The notes under the pieces were generated by a model, which was given only the letters and a program-made list of their open reading frames with translations, was not told the origin of the DNA and ran no database searches. A program made the translations under genes and the position numbers. 64,000 nucleotides of DNA from Spirochaetia bacterium (GTDB lineage: Bacteria; Spirochaetota; Spirochaetia; SZUA-6; Bin103). Of the stretch, positions 38,721-47,451 are shown piece after piece. How positions within the stretch are numbered: position 1 is the stretch's first letter; each line of letters starts with the position of its first letter. Location of the stretch: contig OZ241907.1 of assembly GCA_965203515.1 (NCBI GenBank), forward strand, positions 2,176,001 through 2,240,000, written 5' to 3'.

Positions 38721-40612
38721 CAAAGGCTCCGCACGTCCTTGAAGCCGTACTGCCGCAGTATCTCCGTCATGTTCGTCTTGCTCACGTCGTCCTTGAACGC
38801 GCTGTCGCGGAACACCACGGTCACGTCGTCCGCGGCGTCCATCTCGCCGCGCCACGCCGCGATGCCGAGGGCCAGCTCATCGACCTCGGATGCCGCTATC
38901 GATTCGGAGAGGCAGGTCACCAACTCGCCGCCGGCCACGACGGTGACCCGTTTGCCGGCGAACTCGCGGTGCGCGGCGGGAGCGCAGAGGTCGAAGCCGA
39001 ACTTGAGCAGCAGCTCGTAGAACAGGTCGTCCTCGCTGCGGTCCGGCTTGATGTGGTCGATATGGTCGAATACCGTCTGCCGCAGGTTGGTCCGATCCGG
39101 CTGCCAGGGCCGGACGTTGGAACTGTCCAGCCTGAACACGCGGAATCCGAGGTCCGCTCCCGTCAAACTCGATCCCAGCTTCAGCGACGCCCGGCGCAGC
39201 CGCTCCTTGGTCAGTTCCGAAATGGCGCAGGGTCTGCCGATCTCCTTCAGAAATTCGGCGGCGATCTCGTGGCCGTTGCGTTCCTCGTAAATCGGCTCGG
39301 GAAGCTGCACCAGCACGAACCGGCGGCTGCCGGCGTCCTCCAGATTCTGCTCCATTACGGCATGGCCGGTAGTGCCGGAGCCGGCGAAGAAGTCCAGCAC
39401 GAGGGCGTCCGGGTCGTTGGCGAGTTGCAGCAGATACCTGATCAGGCGGGTCGGCTTGGGCTGCGGGAACACCTTGTCGGCGCCCAGTACCGACCGCAGT
39501 TCTCTCGTTCCTTCCGCGTTGAATCCGACATCCTGCGGATCGAGGATGGTGTTGGGCGGCACGCCTTGCTGCACCTCGGCGAGGTAGCGCTTCGCCTTGG
39601 GTTCACCGTTGCCGAAGACTACCTCTCCCCGCCGGTCCATTCTTTCGAGTGTCTCGCGCGAGTATGCAGGGTATCTCCCCTTGGGAGGCTCCCAGACCAC
39701 TCCGTTGCGGAACGTGTGCCGGTACGGCTCATAGTAGTTGCGCGCGTGCAGGGGATCGAGCTTGTACTGGCCGCGCCCGTCGCCGTCGTCATGCGGATAG
39801 CTGGCGGACTTGTCCTGCGGTTGGCGAATGTACCGCTCCGGCGACTCGCCGAACCAGTCCTTGTTGCGCGCGTACACGAGCAGGTAGTCGGCGTGCTGAT
39901 TGAAGTCCTTGCTCGAATTGCGCACCGTGTGCATGGCCCGCCGGGTCAGGATGGCAAAGCGATTCTCCTCTCCCCAGATCTCGTCCATCACCTTCTGCAG
40001 GTTGGCGAGCTCCCCGTGGTCGATCGACACCGCGATGATGCCGTCTTCGCGCAGCAGGCTGCGGGCGGCCTTCAACCGCGGGTAGATCATGTTCAGCCAA
40101 TCGGTGTGGAACCGGCCGGAAGCGTCGGTGTTCGAAGCGAGTTTGTCGCCATTGTCGTCGAGTTGGCCGGTGAGCCGGAGGTAGTGCCTGATGCTGTCCT
40201 GATAGTTGTCCGGGTACACGAAGTCCTTGCCGGTGTTGTACGGCGGATCGACGTAGATCAGCTTCACCTTCCCGGTGTAACTCTTCTGCAGCAGCTTGAG
40301 CGCCTCCAGGTTGTCGCCTTCGATCATCAGGTTCCGCGTCGAATCCCAGGCGACGCTCTCCTCGGGGTGCGGGCGCAGCGTGCCGGTGCTCGGCGTCAGC
40401 GCCAGGCGGAGGGCTCTGCGCTTGCCGTTCCAGCTCAGCCGGTACTTCTCCTCGCCATCGTCGATGGCGCCGCCCAGCAGCTCACGCAGGGCATCGAAGT
40501 CCACCTTGCCGTCGGTGACCGCATCCGGGAACAAGCGGGTGAGTCGCGTGACGTTATCCGCCACCCCGTCGGGAGAACGGCTCTCCGGGTCTCTAGCGGT
40601 GATTCGCTTCAA
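38720..40612 (-). CDS. mod: Type III R-M DNA methyltransferase Mod subunit
   Basis: IEGDNL, DPPYNTG, PQPKP, DFFAGSGTT; its stop overlaps the res start. Confidence 0.95.
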   Translation of the reverse strand: MKRITARDPESRSPDGVADNVTRLTRLFPDAVTDGKVDFDALRELLGGAIDDGEEKYRLSWNGKRRALRLALTPSTGTLRPHPEESVAWDSTRNLMIEGDNLEALKLLQKSYTGKVKLIYVDPPYNTGKDFVYPDNYQDSIRHYLRLTGQLDDNGDKLASNTDASGRFHTDWLNMIYPRLKAARSLLREDGIIAVSIDHGELANLQKVMDEIWGEENRFAILTRRAMHTVRNSSKDFNQHADYLLVYARNKDWFGESPERYIRQPQDKSASYPHDDGDGRGQYKLDPLHARNYYEPYRHTFRNGVVWEPPKGRYPAYSRETLERMDRRGEVVFGNGEPKAKRYLAEVQQGVPPNTILDPQDVGFNAEGTRELRSVLGADKVFPQPKPTRLIRYLLQLANDPDALVLDFFAGSGTTGHAVMEQNLEDAGSRRFVLVQLPEPIYEERNGHEIAAEFLKEIGRPCAISELTKERLRRASLKLGSSLTGADLGFRVFRLDSSNVRPWQPDRTNLRQTVFDHIDHIKPDRSEDDLFYELLLKFGFDLCAPAAHREFAGKRVTVVAGGELVTCLSESIAASEVDELALGIAAWRGEMDAADDVTVVFRDSAFKDDVSKTNMTEILRQYGFKDVRSL

Positions 40613-40650
40613 GGCCTAGTGGTCTCCGGTGAGATCAAACTCACATCGTA

Positions 40651-40678
40651 ATCCTACGTCACCGACGAAGCCTGTCAA
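40651..40678 (-). promoter_or_regulatory. Putative sigma70 promoter TTGACA-N16-TAGGAT for mod-res
   Basis: Read on the minus strand upstream of mod. Confidence 0.45.
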
Positions 40679-40841
40679 GGTTGCAGGCCCCGCGCGCCGT
40701 CGGCCACAGGATGTCGTACACCACGAGGGCGAAAGCTGGCGGAGGGGCGGCGGCGGAGCCGCTGCCGCCGGCGATTCGTGCCGATCGGCCTTGCGGTTGA
40801 AGCAGCGGACGAGCGCGTGCGAGCCGGGATCTGAACGGCAG

Positions 40842-40871
40842 TTGACAGAGGCGCACTCGATCGGTCATAAT
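40842..40871 (+). promoter_or_regulatory. Putative sigma70 promoter TTGACA-N18-CATAAT
   Basis: Near-consensus boxes just upstream of the DUF262 stub and ATPase operon. Confidence 0.6.
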
Positions 40872-40879
40872 GCAGGGAA

Positions 40880-40972
40880 ATGATGGAGACGAGTATCCTC
40901 ACTCCGAAAGAGCTATTCCAGAGAGATGTTCGCTATACGATTCCGCCGCTTCAGCGGCCCTATGTCTGGAAC
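40880..40972 (+). pseudogene. N-terminal stub of a DUF262 (GmrSD/ParB-like) protein
   Basis: METSILTPKELFQRDVRYTIPPLQRPYVW matches the DUF262 IPxxQRxYxW motif; similarity is lost after ~30 codons. Confidence 0.7.
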
Positions 40973-41133
40973 GGATTCGTGCCCGTAGCAGGCGATGGCG
41001 ATGTATGTCAGCATTATGGCCCGGTCCGGATTCTCGGAAATGGGATTGAGCATCCGCACCGTCATCTCTTCGTCACCGCTGTGGCGCTGGCGCCAGGGAC
41101 GGCAGTACCCGCGGCGAAGGGAAAACCCTGCTC

Positions 41134-42606
41134 GTGTTGACTCGACTGCAAGTCTCCGGTTTCAAGAATCTGGTCGACGTGGATCTGCGCCTTGGTTCGT
41201 TTACCTGCGTAGTCGGGCCAAATGGGGCCGGGAAGTCGAATCTGTTCGACGCGATTCGGTTTCTGAGCGCACTGGCCAATCGCACGCTCATGGAGGCCGC
41301 CATCTCGGTGCGCGATCAACACAGCCGCGCGACGCACGTGCGGGACCTCTTTCATCACGCAGGTTCTCACTATGCCGATCGTATTGCGTTCGCGGCGGAG
41401 ATGATCGTGCCGGGGAATGCGATCGATGACTTGGGGCAGGAGGCCAGGGCGAGCATCACCTTCTTGCGCTACTCCCTTGAGCTCGCGTACCGGGAGTCGA
41501 ATGACCATCCGGAGCGAGGTGCGCTCGAGATCGTCAAAGAGGAACTGGTCCACGTCGCGCAGCGGGACGCGCCCAAACACCTTCTGTTCCCCCATAGCGC
41601 AAAAGATTGGCGTAAGTCCGTAGTGTCAGGACGACGAGCTGCGCAATACTTCATTTCAACAGAAGGGGAAGGTGAAAGCAGAGTCATAAAGCTGCATCAG
41701 GATGGCGGCAGCAGCGGACGCCCGCTGCGGCGGCCGGCTGCCAATCTGCCACGCACCGTATTGTCGGTAGCCAACTCGGCGGAGAGCCCCACGGTACTGG
41801 TAGCGCGCCGGGAGATGGAGTCATGGCGGCTGGTGCAACTGGAACCGTCAGCGATGCGGCAGCCGGACGAGTTTGTTTCTCCTACCCATCTGGGAACCGA
41901 CGGGCGTCATCTGGCAGCCACGCTGTACCGCTTGGCGCGCAATTCCGGACCGGAGCGGCGCGACGGTAACCGCCCGTCCGTCACGGGAGTTCGAACGGAG
42001 CAAACCTATAGTCATATCGCCAACCGTTTAAGCGAACTCATCGACGACGTACATGGCATCTACGTCGATCTCGACGAAAAGCGAGAGCTCATGACGCTTT
42101 ACGTGAAGGACAGGGACGGTACGCCTCACCCTGCGCGAGCACTGTCCGACGGCACGCTGCGGTTCCTCGCGCTGTCCGTCTTGGAAAGCGATCCTGCCAT
42201 GCAAGGGGTTCTCTGTCTGGAAGAACCTGAGAACGGAATTCATCCCGCACGAATCTCCGCGGTTCTGGAGCTGCTGACTGACATAGCGGTCGACACTCAG
42301 GAGTCCGTCGGCGATGACAATCCGCTCCGGCAGGTGATCGTCAACACCCACTCGCCGGCAGTGTTTCAGCAGGTCACCGACGAGAGCGTCTTGTTCGTCA
42401 AGGAAACCGAGGAAATGGACAAGACGGGACGCCGCTTCAAACGAGCTCGATTTCTGTGTCTGTCGGGGACGTGGCGAGCAACGGAGAGCGAACACGCAGC
42501 GCGCGGCGATCTCCTCGCATACCTGAATCCGGTGGTGCCAGTGGCTCAGGCCTACCCGAAACGAGTCGTTGACAGGGATGACATGCAGCGACTGTTGTTC
42601 CACTAG
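41134..42606 (+). CDS. AAA_21/AbiEii-like ABC ATPase
   Basis: GFKNL, GPNGAGKSN, LSDGT signature, LEEPENGIHP, NTHSP. Confidence 0.92.
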   Translation: MLTRLQVSGFKNLVDVDLRLGSFTCVVGPNGAGKSNLFDAIRFLSALANRTLMEAAISVRDQHSRATHVRDLFHHAGSHYADRIAFAAEMIVPGNAIDDLGQEARASITFLRYSLELAYRESNDHPERGALEIVKEELVHVAQRDAPKHLLFPHSAKDWRKSVVSGRRAAQYFISTEGEGESRVIKLHQDGGSSGRPLRRPAANLPRTVLSVANSAESPTVLVARREMESWRLVQLEPSAMRQPDEFVSPTHLGTDGRHLAATLYRLARNSGPERRDGNRPSVTGVRTEQTYSHIANRLSELIDDVHGIYVDLDEKRELMTLYVKDRDGTPHPARALSDGTLRFLALSVLESDPAMQGVLCLEEPENGIHPARISAVLELLTDIAVDTQESVGDDNPLRQVIVNTHSPAVFQQVTDESVLFVKETEEMDKTGRRFKRARFLCLSGTWRATESEHAARGDLLAYLNPVVPVAQAYPKRVVDRDDMQRLLFH

Positions 42607-42611
42607 CTCCT

Positions 42612-43244
42612 GTGCGAAGACTGCGCTACACGCTGGTGGCAGACGGTGCGTCTGATCGTGCCCTTGTCCCGATTCTCACGTGGCTGATGAGGCACTATTG
42701 CGGTTCGCTCTCCATCCAGGAGGCATACGCTGACCTGCGGCACCTTCGGAATCCTCCGCGGAGACTTGCCGAACGCATCAAGACGAGTGTTGAACTCTAC
42801 CCTTGCGATTTACTCTTCGTGCATCGGGACGCGGAACGCGCCACGATCGAACATCGCCGGTCAGAGATCACTGCAGCTCTGGAGGACAGTCGGATCATGC
42901 TTCCTGCGGTCTGTGTAGTTCCCGTGCGCATGCAGGAGGCTTGGTTGCTTATCGACGAAGCCGCGTTGAGGCGCGCGTCCGGTAACCCGAACGGTACGGT
43001 ACCTCTGAATCTGCCCGATGTTCAGAGACTTGAACATCTGCCGAATCCCAAGGAGCTTCTGCATGATCTCATGCGCCAGGCAAGCGGCCTTCATGGCCGC
43101 CGTCTGAAGAGTCTCAACCGTCGGTTACATGGTTATCGTGTAGCCGATCGTATTCACGATTTCAGACCACTATACCGGTTGGCGGCGTTCCGCCGGCTCG
43201 TAGCCGACGTGGAGCAGGTCGTAGCGGCAAACGGATGGACCTGA
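42612..43244 (+). CDS. DUF4276-like TOPRIM-fold protein, partner of the ABC ATPase
   Basis: VADGASD, FVHRDAE, VPVRMQEAWLL, NPKELL; starts 5 bp after the ATPase stop. Confidence 0.75.
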   Translation: MRRLRYTLVADGASDRALVPILTWLMRHYCGSLSIQEAYADLRHLRNPPRRLAERIKTSVELYPCDLLFVHRDAERATIEHRRSEITAALEDSRIMLPAVCVVPVRMQEAWLLIDEAALRRASGNPNGTVPLNLPDVQRLEHLPNPKELLHDLMRQASGLHGRRLKSLNRRLHGYRVADRIHDFRPLYRLAAFRRLVADVEQVVAANGWT

Positions 43245-43322
43245 CCGGAGTGTCCAGCGACAATCAAGATGAGAATGCGCGAGTAGGGGGCAGCCTCCGA
43301 CAGAGGAGGATGGAGGCCGTCG

Positions 43323-43578
43323 GTGGCCGCCGCGGAGGCATGGGACATTCGGGACCCGGCCCAGCGCGTGCCTGACCCGGACGGCGACGTTACCAACTGG
43401 ACGCACCTCAACTCGGTGAGCATCGGTCCGCGCGGCAACGTCGTCCTGTCGTTCCGCGCGCGCAATCAGGTGGTCTCGCTCAGCGCCGACCTGCGAGCGG
43501 TCGAATGGCAACTGCACGGCCCGGACAGCGATTTCGAGTCCCGAACCCGGACGACCGGTTCTTCGGCAGCACACCGCA
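43323..43578 (+). pseudogene. Arylsulfotransferase (ASST) fragment 1
   Basis: WTHLNSVS...NVVLSFRARNQVVSL...EWQLHGPDSD, then a frameshifted PNPDDRFF.QHTA; cut by the IS remnant. Confidence 0.7.
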
Positions 43579-43695
43579 CAGCAGCTCGACCATCTGCTGG
43601 CGGTACTCCTGTGGATACGCTTGATGCGTTCTCGCCATCGTATTCCCTCCTCTCGTCCTCACTCTTGATGTGTCCACGAAAGCGGGTCAACTCCA
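43575..43695 (-). mobile_element. IS3-family remnant (left inverted repeat plus the first ~20 codons of orfA)
   Basis: End sequence TGGAGTTGACCCGCTTTCGTGGACA, SD GAGGAGG, ATG 43638 MARTHQAYPQEYRQQMVEL. Confidence 0.7.
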
Positions 43696-43798
43696 GACCA
43701 TGCGCCGCACATGATATCCGTAGCGGGACCTTCGGCCTACTGGCCGCGGCGCTCGACAGCGCACCCGCCTCGGCCTATGGTTCGATCGGCCAGGAAAG

Positions 43799-44407
43799 AT
43801 GGGGGAGCAGGACGGGGCCGGCGCGCTGGCCGGCAGGGTCGCCTGGGTGACCGGCTCGTCGCGCGGGATCGGCCGCGTCGTCGCCGGCCACTTGGCCGGC
43901 CTGGGGGCGCGGGTCGCCGTGCACGGCACCACGCCCACCTCGACTCGCGCCTTCGGCGAGGCCGACTCCCTGCAGGCGGTCGCCGCCGAGCTGGCGGAGC
44001 AGACCGGCGGCGAGGTGTTCGCCGTTCACGGCGACTTGACCGACGAGCCGACCGTCACGGAGCTGTGCCGCCGCATCCGCGCCCGGTTCGGGCCGATCGA
44101 CATTCTGGTCAACAACGCCGGCGGCGACATCGGCTCCCGGGGCACCGCCGGGCCGAACGCCGGCAAGCCGGCCGCGAACGACGCCATCGGGGTGTCGCTG
44201 GCCGACATCCGCACGGTGCTCGACCGCAACGTCCTGGCCAGCCGGGCGGCGGACGACTCCCGCAAGGTGACGGGCGGCACCCTGACCCGCTACGGCTGGC
44301 CGGTGGAGGTGGCCCGCGCCGTGGAGTTCCTGGTCACCGGCGGCGCCTCCTACGTTACCGGGCAGATCCTTCGGGTCGACGGCGGCGCCCAGCTCTGGCC
44401 GGCCTGA
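43799..44407 (+). pseudogene. SDR oxidoreductase with an internal deletion
   Basis: TGSSRGIG, DILVNNAGG and the C-terminal YVTGQILRVDGG are present, but the central Ser/YxxxK catalytic segment is absent. Confidence 0.7.
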
Positions 44408-44439
44408 CCGCCGCTCCGCCGCCGCCGGCGCGCCGGCGC

Positions 44440-46677
44440 GTGCTGCTGGCGGCGGTTCCCGCCGCCGCGGCGCTGGCGTTGCTGGCCGCCCTCTGGCGGG
44501 GGGCTGCGGCGGCGCCCGGCGGCGGCCCCCCGCAGCCGACCGCGCTGCCGTCGCAGGCGGACGATGTGGTCGCCGTCGCGCTGCAGTTCGGCTCCCGCGG
44601 CGGCGATGGGCTGGATACGGCGAACCTGCCGATCGTCGCCGAGGTCGACGCCTACTTCCGCGCCATGGAGGGGCTGCGCGGCTATTCGTCGCCGTTGCGC
44701 GCCACCGTGGTGCGGGCGACCGAGTTCGACATCGTGGTGCGCCCGTTCGTGCCGCCGGCGCTGTTGGAGGCGTATGACGCGCGCGCCGCGGCGGCGCTAC
44801 GCCGCTCCTACGACCGGTTCCCGGAGATCCATCCCTACTGGAGCGCCGACTTCAGAAGCGCCGCCTTCTACCTGGAGCTCGGCTCGCGCCTGGCGCCGGC
44901 GGTGCTGGTGGAGCGGCTGCAGCGGCTGCAGCGCGCCTTGGCGGATGAGCATGGCGCCGTCCTGCACTTTACCGGCGCCCGCCCCATCGCGGAGTCGATC
45001 GGCCGCCTGATGGTGCGCGACCTGCGCGCCCTGCTGCCGCTGGTCGGCGCCGCCACCGCGGCGATTCTGCTGCTCACCTTCGGCGGCCCGCGCGGCGCGC
45101 TGGTCGCCCTGGCGGCTACCGCCAGCGCCGCCGCGGCCGGCAACGCCCTGTTCCTGCTGCTGGCCGGCGCCGGCTCTCCGCTCCTGATCCTGGCGCCGGT
45201 GTTCGCCGGCGGCCTGTTCAGCGACTACGCGATCCACATGGGCTACCACCTGGGCTGGCGCGGCGACCGATCGGGGCGCGCCGCGCGCGCCTACCTGCGC
45301 CTGCCGCTGGCGCTGACCGCGGCCACCACCGTGATCGGCTTCCTGGCGCTGGGCGGGGTGGGGAGCGGCGTCCACCGATTCGTGGCGGTTACGGTCAGCG
45401 CCGGGGCGCTGGCCGCGCTGGCGCTGGCGCTGTGGTGGATGCCGGCCGCCGGCCGTCTGCGCGGCGCGCGGCGCCGAGGCGCGGCCGGCGCGGTCGCGCG
45501 CCGCATCCACCGCCTGCTGGTCGGGGTTCTGCTGCTGCTCGCGCGCCGCCGCTTGCCGGCAACCGTGCTGCTACTGATGCCGGTCGCCGCCGCGGCGCCG
45601 CAGCTCGGGCGGCTGGCGCCGGAGCCCTACCCGTTGCACCAGCTTCCGCCGGACTCGACGATCGTGCAGGCGGAACGCATCTTCAACCGGGAGTTCGCCG
45701 GGACAGTGCCGTTCGTCGTCGAGATCGACGCCGGCCGCGCGGACGCATTCCTGCAGCCCGCGGCGCTGCGGCACCTTGCGACCGCGCATCGGCTGCTGGC
45801 CGAGCTGCCGGCGGTGGGTCACCAGCATTCGCTGCTGTCGGTGGTGCAGCGCATCCACCGCTACTTCAACACCGCGGCGGGCGCCGGGGAGCTGCCCGCG
45901 AGCGACGATGCCGAGCGGTTCGCGCGCGTCATCGCGCAATATCTGTTGTTCTACAGCGCTTCCGCCGACGCCGCCGAATATGCGGCGCTGGCGGACCACC
46001 GCCTGGCCGCGGTGCGGTTGAACGGCATCCTGCGCTACCGCGACTTCGCCACCCTCGGCGCCCTGCGGCAAGCCGTGCAGAGAATCCGCGCGCGGTTGCC
46101 GGAGGAGTGGCGCATCAGCCTCAGCGGCCCGGCCCGCGAGCTGCTGGCGCACGGCGAACGGCTGCGCCGCAACTGGCTGCGCGCGGCCGCGGCCAGCGGC
46201 GTGTTGATCTTCGGCGCCGTGCTGGCGGTGTTCCGCAACCTGCGGCTGGCGCTGCTCAGTCTGGTCCCGGCGGGCGCGGTGCTGATCGCCGTCAGCGGTC
46301 TGGCGCCGGCCTTCGGGGTGCGCATCGACGACTACACGGTGATCGCGCTCGCCATCACCCTGGGCCTTGCCGTGGACTACACCATCCACGTGCTCAACGC
46401 GCTGCGCCATGCCGCCGGCAGCGCGGCCGGCCGGCGGCGCCGCGGCGCTGCGGCGAGAATCGGGCAGGCCTCCGCCATCGTGCGCGGCTGCGGGGTGCCG
46501 ACGTGCATGAGCTTTCTCACCTCGCTGGCGGCGTTCCTGGCGCTGGCGGTCTCCTCGTTCTCCGGGGCCGTGCACTTCGGTATGATGATCGCAGCCGCAA
46601 TCCTGGGCGCCCTGCTGTTGAGTCTGTTGATCGCCGGATGGCAACTCGCCCGCACGGAGGTGGCATGCGCCTCGTAA
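44440..46677 (+). CDS. MMPL/RND-family transporter (start uncertain, 44404-44440)
   Basis: Two repeats of periplasmic domain plus TM bundle; SDYAIH, TTVIGF and GLAVDYTIH motifs. Confidence 0.82.
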   Translation: MLLAAVPAAAALALLAALWRGAAAAPGGGPPQPTALPSQADDVVAVALQFGSRGGDGLDTANLPIVAEVDAYFRAMEGLRGYSSPLRATVVRATEFDIVVRPFVPPALLEAYDARAAAALRRSYDRFPEIHPYWSADFRSAAFYLELGSRLAPAVLVERLQRLQRALADEHGAVLHFTGARPIAESIGRLMVRDLRALLPLVGAATAAILLLTFGGPRGALVALAATASAAAAGNALFLLLAGAGSPLLILAPVFAGGLFSDYAIHMGYHLGWRGDRSGRAARAYLRLPLALTAATTVIGFLALGGVGSGVHRFVAVTVSAGALAALALALWWMPAAGRLRGARRRGAAGAVARRIHRLLVGVLLLLARRRLPATVLLLMPVAAAAPQLGRLAPEPYPLHQLPPDSTIVQAERIFNREFAGTVPFVVEIDAGRADAFLQPAALRHLATAHRLLAELPAVGHQHSLLSVVQRIHRYFNTAAGAGELPASDDAERFARVIAQYLLFYSASADAAEYAALADHRLAAVRLNGILRYRDFATLGALRQAVQRIRARLPEEWRISLSGPARELLAHGERLRRNWLRAAAASGVLIFGAVLAVFRNLRLALLSLVPAGAVLIAVSGLAPAFGVRIDDYTVIALAITLGLAVDYTIHVLNALRHAAGSAAGRRRRGAAARIGQASAIVRGCGVPTCMSFLTSLAAFLALAVSSFSGAVHFGMMIAAAILGALLLSLLIAGWQLARTEVACAS

Positions 46678-47444
46678 CCGTGGTTCCGATGCTGATCGCC
46701 GCCCTGGCGGCGGCGCCGTCGACCGCCGCCGCCCAGGACGCGGCCACGATCGCGGCCCGCGCCGACGCGCGCAGCGCGCCCGCCAATCTGAGCGGGTCCC
46801 TCATCCTGACCATCACCTCGCCGGACGGCGCGCAGCGCGTGATCCGCGCGGACGCCTACCAGAAGCGGCGTAGCGCCGCGCGCGAAGACCGGCTGTTCGT
46901 GTTTACCTTTCCGCCCAACGTGCGCGACACGGCGCTGCTGGTCCACTCCAACATCGAACAGGGCGCCGACAGCATGTGGATCTACCTGCCCGCGCTGGAG
47001 CGGATCAAACGCGTCGACCTGGGCGCCGCCGGGGGCGGCTATTTCCTCGGCAGCGACTTCACCTTTCGCGATCTGGTGAGCCGCGACCCGGCCGACTACG
47101 CGCACACGCTGCTGCCGGCGGAAGACGCCGACCACTACCTGATCGAGCTGCGCGGCCGCACCCCGGAGCTGCAGCGCGCGTTCGGCTACGCGCGCGAGGA
47201 GCACGTCATTCGCAAGGACGACTTTCAGCGCCGGCGGGTGCGGTTCTACGACTTGGCCGGCGATCCGTTGAAGGAGCTGAGCGTGGAGGAAACGCACACG
47301 GTCGACGGCCATGCCTTTCCGTCGCGGGTGCGCATGGTCAATCATCGGACCGGCCACGTGTCCGAGATCGTATTCGAGGAGCTGTCGTTCTCTGCCGACA
47401 TCCCGGACCGACTGTTTACCCAGCGCTACCTGCGGCAGCGGTAG
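46665..47444 (+). CDS. Outer-membrane lipoprotein-sorting (LolA-like) protein
   Basis: Signal peptide; FTFPPNVRDTALL, WIYLPALERIKR, FLGSDFTFRD; SD GGAGG. Confidence 0.85.
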   Translation: MRLVTVVPMLIAALAAAPSTAAAQDAATIAARADARSAPANLSGSLILTITSPDGAQRVIRADAYQKRRSAAREDRLFVFTFPPNVRDTALLVHSNIEQGADSMWIYLPALERIKRVDLGAAGGGYFLGSDFTFRDLVSRDPADYAHTLLPAEDADHYLIELRGRTPELQRAFGYAREEHVIRKDDFQRRRVRFYDLAGDPLKELSVEETHTVDGHAFPSRVRMVNHRTGHVSEIVFEELSFSADIPDRLFTQRYLRQR

Positions 47445-47451
47445 GCGTGGG

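Noticed and set aside
38720..40612. Phase-variable mod (phasevarion)
   Set aside because: No simple sequence repeat tract seen in the gene or its promoter.
43711..44439. N-terminal part of the 988-aa ORF as part of the MMPL protein
   Set aside because: It overlaps the SDR gene in another frame; the MMPL-like sequence starts near 44404-44440.
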